Shown: piece after piece, positions 1 to 9,100 of the stretch
Numbering within the stretch: the first letter of the stretch is position 1
How the letters are laid out: each line of letters starts with the position of its first letter
IMG/VR virus record: IMGVR_UViG_3300036823_000136
Span: 1 to 61,394 of that record
Length of the DNA: 61,394 nucleotides
Source: a virus
Lineage: Duplodnaviria; Caudoviricetes
Strand: one strand, 5' to 3'
Program-made: the position numbers and the translations under genes
Notes under the pieces: model-generated
Databases searched by the model: none
Told to the model about the DNA's origin: nothing
What the model saw: only the letters and a program-made list of their open reading frames with translations

Positions 1-59
1 CCGGGACCAAGGACGACGAGAACCACACCCGGGCCGTATACCTGATCGCTCTGTCGTAG
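1..59 (+). CDS. 3' end of a small hypothetical protein (partial), probably continuing the gene cut at the window end
   Basis: Frame from nt 3 reads GTKDDENHTRAVYLIALS* and is followed by a terminator. Confidence 0.45.
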   Translation, partial: GTKDDENHTRAVYLIALS

Positions 60-86
60 ATCTGTCGCGTTTGTGTCGCACCCAAG

Positions 87-119
87 CAGAAGGCCCCCGG
101 GGAGACCGGGGGCCTTCTG
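87..119. terminator. Bidirectional intrinsic terminator
   Basis: CAGAAGGCCCCCGG/CCGGGGGCCTTCTG hairpin between convergent genes. Confidence 0.75.
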
Positions 120-154
120 TCGTACCGGTTACTTCAACCTCCGACGCGATCATC

Positions 155-997
155 CTAGCTCGTCGGTGGCGCCGCGGTCGGTCGCGACGCCGGGTCGCAC
201 GCCGCATCTCCGGCGGCGCTCGTCGAGTCCGGCCCCGTCGAGTAGTGGACGACGGACTGGCACGCGCTGCCGTCCGCGGTCCACACGAACTCCTGGCCGG
301 TCACGCTCCGCCCGTCCGCACCTGGCACGCCCTGGTCGCCCTTCGCACCCGTGGCGCCCTTGCACGTGCCGTCGGCCTGGTCTCCGCAGTACGAGGCCAC
401 CTGAGCGCGCACCTGCTCGTCGGTGGCGTTCGCGCCCGGCTCCCCCTGATCACCTTTTGGGCCCTGGCACCGCTCGCTCCCACACACCGCGGTGACGGCG
501 GCGAGCACCTGCTCCGCGGTCGGCGCCGGGGCATCCTTCCCCGCGGCCGGGGGATGGGCGGCGTAGACCTGGGCCACCAGGTCCATCACCTCGTTGACGG
601 TGACGGCCTTGCCCGCGATCTGCGAGTTCACCAGGGCCACCACCTGGTCACGGTCCAGGCCGGTACCGCCGCCCACCACCGGCGCGGGCTCGCCCTGCAC
701 GGCCTGCTTCGCCTTGTCGACGGTCGTCGAGCACGCGTTCGGGATGGCGCGCAGGTCCGCCCCGAGCTGATCCTGGCGCTTGCACAGCTGGTCCAGGGTC
801 AGCACTGCGGGCGCCGTGTCCTGCTTCACCGCGGCGGTTTCGTTCTGCGCGGACTGGCCGGTCAGGATGACCGCGATGAACACGCCGGCCATCGACAGCA
901 AGGCTACGATCGCGATGACCGCGAGCACCACCGTCGAGGGCGGCCGCTTCTTGGCCGGCTGGTGGTCGGTCCGGGGAAGATCGTCGAGCACGGTCAT
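155..997 (-). CDS. Membrane-anchored collagen-like protein
   Basis: N-terminal TM helix, G-X-Y repeats (GPKGDQGEPGAN, GATGAKGDQGVPGADG) and paired Cys. Confidence 0.75.
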   Translation of the reverse strand: MTVLDDLPRTDHQPAKKRPPSTVVLAVIAIVALLSMAGVFIAVILTGQSAQNETAAVKQDTAPAVLTLDQLCKRQDQLGADLRAIPNACSTTVDKAKQAVQGEPAPVVGGGTGLDRDQVVALVNSQIAGKAVTVNEVMDLVAQVYAAHPPAAGKDAPAPTAEQVLAAVTAVCGSERCQGPKGDQGEPGANATDEQVRAQVASYCGDQADGTCKGATGAKGDQGVPGADGRSVTGQEFVWTADGSACQSVVHYSTGPDSTSAAGDAACDPASRPTAAPPTS

Positions 998-1326
998 TTC
1001 GCGTCACCCTGCTTTAGCTTCTGGGCGATCTCCAGCAGATGCTCCAGCTCACGGTTGTCCGAGGTCGAGACTTGCCCGCGGAGGTAGTCCACGGTGGCCT
1101 GGGTCGGCAGCGGCGGCCACGCGGGGTCCTGGTCCCAGCCGTTCGTGGCGGCCAGGCGGCGGACCCGATGACTCCACTGGAGCATGACGATACCCAGCTC
1201 GGCGGTCTCTCGGGCGTCGATGGCCTCCTTGTCCTTGCGCCGGGAGCGCAAGGCGAAGGCGCCGATCACATAAGTGACCACGGTGAGGGTGATCGAGCCC
1301 AGGCCACCCAGAAGCGCCAGGTTCAC
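994..1326 (-). CDS. Single-TM membrane protein
   Basis: GTG start after AAGGGGG, hydrophobic N-terminus, 4-nt overlaps with both neighbours. Confidence 0.7.
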   Translation of the reverse strand: MNLALLGGLGSITLTVVTYVIGAFALRSRRKDKEAIDARETAELGIVMLQWSHRVRRLAATNGWDQDPAWPPLPTQATVDYLRGQVSTSDNRELEHLLEIAQKLKQGDAK

Positions 1327-1733
1327 CGGTCCCCCTTCGGTTTCACGTCGCGCGAGTAGCTCGCGGCCAAGATCCAATGGACGGCGGCCAGCGAGCAGCA
1401 CACCACCGGGAGAATGTGCGTTCCCCCATTGGCCCAGGCCCCGACCTCCAGCACGAACGCGAAACCGAACCAGGCTGATCCAGTCGCGAGGTGAGCGAGG
1501 TGCAAGAGCTTGCGCGTCCACAGCGCGGAGACAAGGAACAGGCCGGTCAGCCCGAACCAGATGATCCAGATGGGCCCGACGGCCGCGAGCTGGAGCACCA
1601 CCTTCGTGGTGAGCGGGTTACGCGGGTAGGCCAGGCCGGGGAAGACGTTCATGACCGCCACGACCAGCTGGCCGACGGTCAGCGCCAGGGATTGCTGCCA
1701 GCGACCGGCGATGTACGGATGCGTGCCGACCAC
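1323..1733 (-). CDS. Multi-TM membrane protein (holin-like)
   Basis: About four hydrophobic helices; GTG start after AAGGGGG. Confidence 0.7.
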   Translation of the reverse strand: MVGTHPYIAGRWQQSLALTVGQLVVAVMNVFPGLAYPRNPLTTKVVLQLAAVGPIWIIWFGLTGLFLVSALWTRKLLHLAHLATGSAWFGFAFVLEVGAWANGGTHILPVVCCSLAAVHWILAASYSRDVKPKGDR

Positions 1734-1743
1734 GTCAGCCCCC

Positions 1744-2031
1744 TTATTTCGCGTGGGCTCTGGCCTTCTTCGCTTCCCAGTCGGCAACCGCGGCGCAAGC
1801 CTCCGCCCGCGATCCGGCGTTGACGTTCTGCTTGCCCGGGAAGTTCGTGTCCCCCGTCGCGCACATGCGCTTCACGACGTTGACCGCGGTGGCGATGGCG
1901 CGCGAGGTGGGCATGCCCTTCTCCTCCAAGTGGACCTTGATCCGCTTGATGAAGCTGGGCAACCCGCCCACGTCGTCGACCCAGTTGAACTCGGTCAGCC
2001 CGCCGTCCCACTCGAAGCCGGCGGGAAAGGG
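1744..2031 (-). CDS. -1 frame extension of the maturation protease gene (NWVDDVGGLP domain)
   Basis: Open -1 frame from slippery C CCT TTC (2025-2031) to stop at 1744; no SD before GTG 1971. Confidence 0.65.
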   Translation of the reverse strand, partial: PFPAGFEWDGGLTEFNWVDDVGGLPSFIKRIKVHLEEKGMPTSRAIATAVNVVKRMCATGDTNFPGKQNVNAGSRAEACAAVADWEAKKARAHAK

Positions 2032-4187
2032 CGCACCACCTCGTCGAGCAGGCCCCCCTGGATGATCTCCAGGCTCAGCCGCTCCTGCTCGGCAGCGAGC
2101 TTGTCCGGCTCGCCCTCCGGAGACCGCGCCCAGTCGCCCAGGAGGTTGCTCAGCTCCGCGGCGACCATCTTCGCGAAGGCCTTCAGGTCCATGCCGTCCG
2201 GCCCGAACTCCGCGGCGGGACGGGTGGCACCGGCCGCGACGAGTGCGACCTGGCCAACGCCGGACGCGACGCGAGCCCGCGGCACCGGGTAGCCGGGCAC
2301 GTTGACCGCGAGCACGCCCACCATCTCCAGGCGACCGCCCACTCCGCGCCAGTCGCCGGACGGCGGCGCGGCCATCAGCTTCGTCAGGTCGACCTCGGAC
2401 AGCTCGGGGCGCACGCGACCGGCCACCCAGATTCCGTGCCGATCCTCGCCCGCGGCCAGGTCGGCGGCCACGGTGCCGGTGTTGTCGTAGTGGCTGGTCG
2501 TCTCGTCCACGCTCGCGGAGAGGCTGGCGTGGCCGGTGTTCATGGTCAGGTGCCCCACGCCCACGGTGCGCACCTCATCGCCATCGGCCACGCGCATCGC
2601 GCCCGTGTTGAAGTAGGCGTAGTCGGATGCCGACTTCGGCGGCGGCGTGCAGCGCTTGGACACGCCGATGTGGCAGGTGTTCCAGGTGGCGATGTGGCCG
2701 AACACGCGGCCGTCGTCGGTGAAGGTCAGCGGCGTGGGCTCGCTCAGTTCGGGGTCGGTGAACCAGTCGAGCGGCGGCAGGTCGGCCAGGCCCTTCTTCT
2801 TCAGGAACGCCGGCTTGCCCTTCTTCTTCGTGCCGTCCGGGTTCTCGTCCGCCTCGTCGGCGCCACCGTCCGCGGCGTCCTCGGGATCGGCCTTCTTCTT
2901 CTTGGCGTTCTTCAGGAACGCGGGCGGCAGCGCCATCTCACCGGCCAGGCACGGAGAGCAGGTGTCGCCGTACTCGGGAATGGCGATGGACGCGGTGACC
3001 GCCTGGACGCCGTGCTGGAGCAGGTACGCCGCGAGGCCCTCGGGCGTGCGCTGGTCCTCCGGCACCTCGTCGTCGGCAGCGATGGTCGGCCGCTCACCGT
3101 CGATCTCCACGTAGCCATCGGGGAAGGCGGGGATGGCGCACAGCGTGGTGGCCGCGATCTTGGCGTTCGAGACGGTGACGCGGTGGGACTCGGTACCGTC
3201 CTCGGCGTAGGTCACGTCGTCGGTGAAATCGCCCTCGGACAGGTCCACCGAGTTGCCGGTGAGGTATCCGCGCCGGGCGTAGTCGCCGCCCTTGCTGTCG
3301 CCGTCGACCTCACCGCGGCCCTGCCACACGAAGGTGCCTTTCGGCAGCGGCTCACCGGTCTGCTTGGAGACGAACTCCTCGCCGGGGATCTTCCACAGCT
3401 CATTGATCTTGCCGACGACTTCGGCGCCGCTGTGGCCGCCGTTGCCCGTGTTGACCGTCTGGGCGAACACGCTCAGCGGCGGCTGGCGGAACTCGATGGT
3501 GCCGGGCTCCAGGTAGCGCCCGTCGGCGGTCTCCATGCCCTCCACGGCGAGGCACGGCCAGAACGCCGGCAGCCCCTGGGTAGCGGCCTCGCGGTCCTTC
3601 GTGGCTTCGGCCATCTCGGTCACTCCTTCGGTGGCGTAGACGCTGTCGTGATCGTCGTTCGCGATCAGCGGGTAATCGAAGTGCTGCCCGCCCAGCGCGA
3701 GCCGGATCGTGGAGAACGATGCTTCTCCGTCGGCCGTCGGCAGCACGCCCGGGTCCAGGTCGAACCCGGCGGTGATGTGCGGGAGATACGGCTCGTGCTG
3801 CTCGGGATAGAGCGCGCCCAGCGTGTCGGCCGCGAGCCCGGCGGCGCGGCCAGCCAGCATGTCGAGCTGGTCGTCCTCGTCACCGTCATGGTCACCGGGC
3901 TGGAGCGCGGTCACCGTGGCGGGCTTGAAGGCGCCGGTGGGCCCGCCGTCGCGATTCCAGATGGCGGTACCGAGGATGCGCACCGAGAGTGGCCCGCGGT
4001 TGAGCGCGAGCGCGGCCACCTGGCTCTTGAGTATGTCGACCATGACCGGCGGCAGGTCGGCCACGTCGTCACCGAGGAAGCACAGCGTGCAGTGGATCTC
4101 GCTGGCCGGGTCACCGCCGGGCACCGTGTAGCGGCCGGGGTTGTCTGGGATCAGGGCGATCATGCCGCCGGTCTGCACGTCATCCAC
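1995..4187 (-). CDS. 2H-phosphoesterase (LigT/Acb1-like) fused to capsid maturation protease
   Basis: Two HxT motifs (IHCTLCF, PHITAG), then EGMETADGR..EVVGKI and GHIATW..CH..HYDN..GED..GIW..SGDWR blocks resembling cluster-B-like actinophage head proteases; lies downstream of portal. Confidence 0.8.
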   Translation of the reverse strand: MDDVQTGGMIALIPDNPGRYTVPGGDPASEIHCTLCFLGDDVADLPPVMVDILKSQVAALALNRGPLSVRILGTAIWNRDGGPTGAFKPATVTALQPGDHDGDEDDQLDMLAGRAAGLAADTLGALYPEQHEPYLPHITAGFDLDPGVLPTADGEASFSTIRLALGGQHFDYPLIANDDHDSVYATEGVTEMAEATKDREAATQGLPAFWPCLAVEGMETADGRYLEPGTIEFRQPPLSVFAQTVNTGNGGHSGAEVVGKINELWKIPGEEFVSKQTGEPLPKGTFVWQGRGEVDGDSKGGDYARRGYLTGNSVDLSEGDFTDDVTYAEDGTESHRVTVSNAKIAATTLCAIPAFPDGYVEIDGERPTIAADDEVPEDQRTPEGLAAYLLQHGVQAVTASIAIPEYGDTCSPCLAGEMALPPAFLKNAKKKKADPEDAADGGADEADENPDGTKKKGKPAFLKKKGLADLPPLDWFTDPELSEPTPLTFTDDGRVFGHIATWNTCHIGVSKRCTPPPKSASDYAYFNTGAMRVADGDEVRTVGVGHLTMNTGHASLSASVDETTSHYDNTGTVAADLAAGEDRHGIWVAGRVRPELSEVDLTKLMAAPPSGDWRGVGGRLEMVGVLAVNVPGYPVPRARVASGVGQVALVAAGATRPAAEFGPDGMDLKAFAKMVAAELSNLLGDWARSPEGEPDKLAAEQERLSLEIIQGGLLDEVVRPFPPASSGTAG

Positions 4188-4425
4188 GGCATGCCTCCAT
4201 CAGGTGCCAGGTGCCGCCGGTGCGCATGTCGTCCGACCGCGCCACGTTCTCGTTGAAGAAGAGGCCGGAGGGGTTGAGCACGCACAGCGAAGCGCGCATC
4301 GGCGTGATGCCGTCGAACCCGCCTTCGCTGGTGATCTCGGTGACGACGGCCGCGCGGCACTGGCTGGTGTACTCGCCGCCCGGTGTGCCGTAGCTGACGT
4401 AGTGGACCATGTCGCCGATCTTCAT
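4180..4425 (-). CDS. Phage hypothetical protein
   Basis: MKIGDMVHYVSYGTPGGEY..RAAVVT..GGTWH; SD GGAGG. Confidence 0.7.
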   Translation of the reverse strand: MKIGDMVHYVSYGTPGGEYTSQCRAAVVTEITSEGGFDGITPMRASLCVLNPSGLFFNENVARSDDMRTGGTWHLMEACRG

Positions 4426-4736
4426 GCTTCCTCCCAGCGTCCGTTGCGCACGAAGCCGTGACGGCCACAGGAGCACAGGATCGACGGCTCGACGTGAAGT
4501 GGATCAAGTGAGTGCAGCGTCCACCTTGCACCCGAACTACTGCCCGGTTCGCCGAAGGTCACCGTCCCCGCGCACGGCTCGCCGACGGGGGTGTGGTCTC
4601 CGCCCGCGGCGGGGTGGATGTGGAAGAAGCCGGCCTTCTCGACCTCGCCAGCCCGGAAGATCCGCGCGAAGTGGCCGTCACCCAAATCGATCGCACCTTC
4701 GCCCAGGAGATCGAGCAGGTAGTCCGTATCACTCAC
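4422..4736 (-). CDS. Small Cys/His protein, DUF6527-like
   Basis: C-terminal WTL..PLHVEPSILC-SCGRHGFVRNGRW motif; overlaps portal stop. Confidence 0.6.
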   Translation of the reverse strand: MSDTDYLLDLLGEGAIDLGDGHFARIFRAGEVEKAGFFHIHPAAGGDHTPVGEPCAGTVTFGEPGSSSGARWTLHSLDPLHVEPSILCSCGRHGFVRNGRWEEA

Positions 4737-7351
4737 CGGGGTGCCCTTCGCTCGATCCAAGCTCGCTGGACCTCGACGATACGGTCCCGCTCCGCAGTGG
4801 CGCGCTGGCTCCACGTGCCCGTCCGGCCAGCCGCTTCGTCGAGCCCGGCGAGCACGCGCTCGTGGTGCGCCGCCGGTGAATCCGGCAGGTCGGCCATCAG
4901 CGCGATGTCGTCGGCATCGTCCAGCGCCCAGGCGTAGACGGTGTCGCACATGCAGCCCGCGTGGTCGCCGGGCTTGAGGTGCGTCCCTACCCATTCGGCC
5001 GCTGGCGGGGAGATCAGGGCCGGGTCCTCGAACCCCTCGAACTTGCGGCCGGCCAGGTTCAGGTGAGGCTCGAAGGCGTTGGACCTCGGCGTGATGCCGT
5101 AGCGCCAGGTGAACCCGATCCGCTCCGCGTGGGTGTCAACGGCGCGGAGCAGGTCGCCGCCCAGCGCGATCCCGCCCGGCCCGGCGTGCGGCCCGCCGAT
5201 TTCGGCCAGCGCTTCGCGGATGTCGCCCGGCAGGATCACCGAGTCCGGCACCTCGCCGCGGAGCTGGTCGCCGTGACGGCCGTACATGGCGTCCGTGGCG
5301 CGCGAGCGGAGCGTGCCTTCGAGCTTCTTCCAGGCCGCGGGGATGCGGTCGGTCATGGCCTGGGTGAGCGCGGCCACTGCGGTGAGCGGCAGGCCGACCA
5401 TGCCGGCGACGGTCTTCACCGAGGCCTTGATCGTGGCCGCCGACCACTGCGCGAACTTGCTGGCCAGGTAGGAGAACGCCAGCGTGAGCAGCACGTCCTC
5501 GGTGAGCCCCAGCTCGGTGACGCGCACCTGGCCCAGCGTCCGGCCGGCCAGCGCGGGCGGCACGTCCTTCAGCTCCGCGGCCAGGGCGGTGAACTTCCGG
5601 CCCTGGACCTGGGCCTTGATCTTGGCGCCCGCCTTCTCCAGGGCCCGCTGGAGGTCAGCTTCAGCGGTCGCCCGGATGCGCTCGATGAGGTCGTGATCGA
5701 GGTCGGCCAGCCGATCACCCGTGATGATCTTTACTGAATCGAGTACTCCCTGCGAACCTGCCGCACTTGCGACCCTGGCGCCGGGCGGTGCCGCCTGTGG
5801 AGTTCCCTGGGGCGGCGCGGCCTGACCTGGGCCGACCTGCTTGACCGGCGCGGAGGTGATGACCGGCGGCGTGCCGGGCACGGCGGGCGGCTGGATCGGG
5901 TTGCCGTTGGAGTCCAGGATGCGATCGTTGTTCGGGATGATCGCCTTCACCCCGAGGATCTCCGCGGCGATCTGGGTCAGTGTGTTCGGGTCCGGCCTCG
6001 TCGCCTTGATCATCATGATCTGCTGGAGGTCTTCTTCCTGCGGGGCGTCGTCCTCGCCGAAGCCCTTCGCCGTGCGGTAGGCCTTGAAGCTGATGGCGCC
6101 CCGGTCCATCGCCTGGTCAGCGTCCTGTGAACGGTTCGCGTTCTCCGTCAGGTTGCCCGCGGCGTACCACAGGCGGACGCTCTTGGCCTCCTCCTTGGTC
6201 AGCCCGTAGCCGCCGTCGTCCACCGACAGCATCAGCATGCGGCGGAACCAGGAGTTCGTCAGCGAGTCGACGATCAGCCGGCACGTGGGCTCAAGGTGGT
6301 TCTTGAAGGCCTGGGCATCGATCAGCCACGCCGTCCAGTGGTTCGCGTCCTGGATGCCCCGCATGGCCTGACTCGGCAGGTCGATGCTGTCGCCGACGCG
6401 GTCCAGGTTGCGCGACAGCCGGTTCATCAGCTCGTCGTCGGTCTCCCGGACGAACGGAATGTGCCTGATTTCCTTACCGTCCTCAGCCTCACCCTGGATC
6501 AGGATCGGCACCACGGCGGACGGGTGGCCCTCGTTGTTGATCGGCTGAGTCGCGGCCGTGGTGAAGCCGGACAGGAAGGAGTCGTTCTCCGGGGTCGCGG
6601 TGGGCTCGCCGTCGCGGACCATCGAGCAGCCCGACGGGATGAACAGAATGCCGTTCGAGGCAATGCGGCTCAGGCTCGCGGCCCGGATCTCCCGGCCGGC
6701 CAGCACGATCTCCTCGCACACGTCGAGCAGAGCCCGGAGCGCGGAGTCGGCCAGCTCGTCGTACTCGGGGTGCGGAACCCACAGCCGGATGAGGACTTCG
6801 CCGGAGTCCGGCTTCACCTCGCGGGCGCCGCGGCCCGGAACCTCGATGATCCCCAGTCCCCCGCCGACGGACGGCACGACCTCGCTCGTCGAGCGCACTG
6901 TCCATCGCTCGTCGCCGAAATGGTCCTTGCGCATGTGCAGCCAGCACTCGCCGGCCACGTCGAACCCCTGGACCATCCGGCCGATGAAGCCGTAGCCGTC
7001 CTCCCAGGGAAGCCGCTGGGCACAGTCCACAGCGGCGGCGGCGATGCGCTCATCGACGTAGGCGTGGCCGTCTTCGTCCTTGTCCTGGTCCGGCTCGCCA
7101 GTGAGCACCTTGGGCTCGTCGGCATCCGGCACGACGGCCGCCGCGGTGAACTGGACCTTGGCGATGAGCTGACCCTTCATCCGCAGGGCGCCGCCCAGCT
7201 CGCCGATCGAGTTCCGGTAGTTCCAGGCGAGTGCCTGCCAGGCCATGCGGGTGGCGGAAAGGGTGGCGATGGTCTCCCGGTCGTGCAGGTCGATGACCCG
7301 CCCGGACGCGGTGATGGGCGTCCGGTCCTTGCGTCGACTCCAGAGAGGCAT
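4733..7351 (-). CDS. Portal protein with C-terminal MuF-like head morphogenesis domain
   Basis: WQALAWNY..IGEL and NHWTAW portal-type motifs, Pro/Gln linker, C-terminal PGDHAGCMC. Confidence 0.8.
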   Translation of the reverse strand: MPLWSRRKDRTPITASGRVIDLHDRETIATLSATRMAWQALAWNYRNSIGELGGALRMKGQLIAKVQFTAAAVVPDADEPKVLTGEPDQDKDEDGHAYVDERIAAAAVDCAQRLPWEDGYGFIGRMVQGFDVAGECWLHMRKDHFGDERWTVRSTSEVVPSVGGGLGIIEVPGRGAREVKPDSGEVLIRLWVPHPEYDELADSALRALLDVCEEIVLAGREIRAASLSRIASNGILFIPSGCSMVRDGEPTATPENDSFLSGFTTAATQPINNEGHPSAVVPILIQGEAEDGKEIRHIPFVRETDDELMNRLSRNLDRVGDSIDLPSQAMRGIQDANHWTAWLIDAQAFKNHLEPTCRLIVDSLTNSWFRRMLMLSVDDGGYGLTKEEAKSVRLWYAAGNLTENANRSQDADQAMDRGAISFKAYRTAKGFGEDDAPQEEDLQQIMMIKATRPDPNTLTQIAAEILGVKAIIPNNDRILDSNGNPIQPPAVPGTPPVITSAPVKQVGPGQAAPPQGTPQAAPPGARVASAAGSQGVLDSVKIITGDRLADLDHDLIERIRATAEADLQRALEKAGAKIKAQVQGRKFTALAAELKDVPPALAGRTLGQVRVTELGLTEDVLLTLAFSYLASKFAQWSAATIKASVKTVAGMVGLPLTAVAALTQAMTDRIPAAWKKLEGTLRSRATDAMYGRHGDQLRGEVPDSVILPGDIREALAEIGGPHAGPGGIALGGDLLRAVDTHAERIGFTWRYGITPRSNAFEPHLNLAGRKFEGFEDPALISPPAAEWVGTHLKPGDHAGCMCDTVYAWALDDADDIALMADLPDSPAAHHERVLAGLDEAAGRTGTWSQRATAERDRIVEVQRAWIERRAPR

Positions 7352-7358
7352 TTAACGA

Positions 7359-7655
7359 TCACTCCCTAGTGTCAGCGTGTTCCATCCGATCCACCAGGCC
7401 CGTGATCACCCCGGCTCCAGCTGAGGATGCCAGACCGGCGGCGGCGATGCCCCAGATGCGCGGGGCCACGGCGCGGGCAATCGCGACGCCCATCCCGACC
7501 CAGATGCTCAGGCACCAGGGGCACGTGATCAGCTCCGCGGCCTTGCGATCCCCGTACTTGATGATCAAGTCCTCGCGCTGCTTCTCGAAGATCGTGTCCG
7601 TCTGGAGCAGGCGCACGAGCCGGTACGTGGCGGCGAGGTCTACAGCCAGTTCCAC
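7359..7655 (-). CDS. DUF1360-like membrane protein
   Basis: YRLVRLL..D..F and CPWCLSIW motifs with TM helices. Confidence 0.7.
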   Translation of the reverse strand: MELAVDLAATYRLVRLLQTDTIFEKQREDLIIKYGDRKAAELITCPWCLSIWVGMGVAIARAVAPRIWGIAAAGLASSAGAGVITGLVDRMEHADTRE

Positions 7656-7768
7656 GCCTGCACCGCCCCGATGATCAGGAGCACGAAGGTCATGCCCAGG
7701 ATGAAGCCGGTCCAGCCGGCCCGCCGGATGGCGGTGTCCTCGTCCACCTCGCGTCTGTGGCCACCCAC
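7640..7768 (-). CDS. 42-aa single-TM microprotein
   Basis: MGGHRREVDEDTAIRRAGWTGFILGMTFVLLIIGAVQAWNWL; fills operon gap with GC-rich third positions. Confidence 0.5.
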   Translation of the reverse strand: MGGHRREVDEDTAIRRAGWTGFILGMTFVLLIIGAVQAWNWL

Positions 7769-7774
7769 GCATGA

Positions 7775-7891
7775 TCATCTCCCGTCGTTCTTGCGCTTGC
7801 CGACGATCCCCATGACCCAGCCGGAGTACAGCCACAGGCCGATGGTGAGCACGGCAAAGGCGACGAACCCGACCCACGTCCCGGCGCTCAC
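7775..7891 (-). CDS. 38-aa single-TM microprotein
   Basis: MSAGTWVGFVAFAVLTIGLWLYSGWVMGIVGKRKNDGR; GTGA overlap with upstream gene. Confidence 0.55.
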   Translation of the reverse strand: MSAGTWVGFVAFAVLTIGLWLYSGWVMGIVGKRKNDGR

Positions 7892-8283
7892 GGCCTGCCG
7901 CACAGTTCCGCGGGTGCCGGGCGCTCCTGCACGACCAGCCACAGTCCGGCCTCACGGGCACGGTTGAGCGCGTCGTTCGTACCGCGGGACACGCCCTCGC
8001 CGTAGAGCACGAAGCCCAGGACGATGTCCGGCATGTGGTCCACAAGCAGCTGATTGCGCGCCAGCATCTGGTAGGCCTTCAAGCCCTGCGAGCGGATCAC
8101 GTGCAGGTTGTTGTCCGTCATGTTCTCCCGCCACCACGAGGCCGCGATCTCGTCGGCGCCGGAGGGGCAGTCCCCGACGTACAGCCGCGCGCCCGGGAGG
8201 TCGGGGCCGATGGCCGCCTGGAGCGCGGACCAGACGGCCAGCTTGTCTCCCCAGTGGCGCGAGCCGGTCACCATGATCTTCAC
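7888..8283 (-). CDS. SLOG-family (DUF2493-like) protein
   Basis: VTGSR..W, GDCPSGAD, RNQ and SRGT motifs. Confidence 0.8.
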   Translation of the reverse strand: MKIMVTGSRHWGDKLAVWSALQAAIGPDLPGARLYVGDCPSGADEIAASWWRENMTDNNLHVIRSQGLKAYQMLARNQLLVDHMPDIVLGFVLYGEGVSRGTNDALNRAREAGLWLVVQERPAPAELCGRP

Positions 8284-8618
8284 TGGTCGTCACGTTCGCG
8301 GTCGATGCGGTCGTAGGAGCGTTGCAGCCACTCGATGCGGTCCAGTTCCGCCTGCACGCCCTCCGGCATCGGCGGCGTCTCGCGGCCGTCGAACAGGTGC
8401 TCGAACTCGTGCTCGCGCTGGACCTTGCGCTTGAAGTCGGCGATCGCGCAGAGGATGCCCCAGGTGACGAGCAGGAGGAAGGCGCCGACCACGGTGCCCG
8501 CGGCCACCGCCGTTGGCTCGAACCAGTCAGCGCAGATCGCGTTCAGGGCGTTGATCACCAGGAGGTAGATCAGAATGTCCGGCTCGTGCAGGGACCACCA
8601 GGCCCAGAAGCCCTTCAC
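8280..8618 (-). CDS. Membrane protein
   Basis: Two TM segments; translationally coupled. Confidence 0.65.
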   Translation of the reverse strand: MKGFWAWWSLHEPDILIYLLVINALNAICADWFEPTAVAAGTVVGAFLLLVTWGILCAIADFKRKVQREHEFEHLFDGRETPPMPEGVQAELDRIEWLQRSYDRIDRERDDQ

Positions 8619-9100
8619 GGTTTCGCCGGCCGGGCAGCGGCGGCCACGTCACCGGTGAGCCGTTCGAGCAGCTCCTCCAGGTCGGGAGCCGCGATCTCGA
8701 TGGCGGATCGCACGCTTTCGTCCAGCGCACACCAGGCGCCCACGATGCCTTCGCGCTCGCTGAGCTGTTGCCGGAGGTAGACCGCCATGTCCAGGCACTC
8801 CTCGTACGCGTCCTGGAGCGCGCGGCGGCCGTTGAATGGCTGGAGCCGGGTCCCGTAGCGACGCTCCCCGAGTCGGCCACGAGCAAGCACCTCGTTGGCG
8901 ACGGTGTCGTGGATGAACGGCTGGTCGTCGTGGACGATCGGGAGCGGCTGGTCCTCCGGCTCCGTTTTCGCCCGGCCGACCGGTGTCACGTTGCCGTCCT
9001 CGTCCAGGTCGGCGATCTTGACGAACTCGCCGTCAGCGTTCAGCGCGGCCACGAAGCCGCCGCGCGGCTCCAGGTCGTCTTCTTCCCAGTTCTGGGCCAT
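8615..9100 (-). CDS. Hypothetical protein with possible all-alpha NTP pyrophosphatase-like domain
   Basis: G..RYGT.L...NGR.AL.DAYEE.LD.AVYL motif. Confidence 0.6.
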   Translation of the reverse strand: MAQNWEEDDLEPRGGFVAALNADGEFVKIADLDEDGNVTPVGRAKTEPEDQPLPIVHDDQPFIHDTVANEVLARGRLGERRYGTRLQPFNGRRALQDAYEECLDMAVYLRQQLSEREGIVGAWCALDESVRSAIEIAAPDLEELLERLTGDVAAAARPAKP

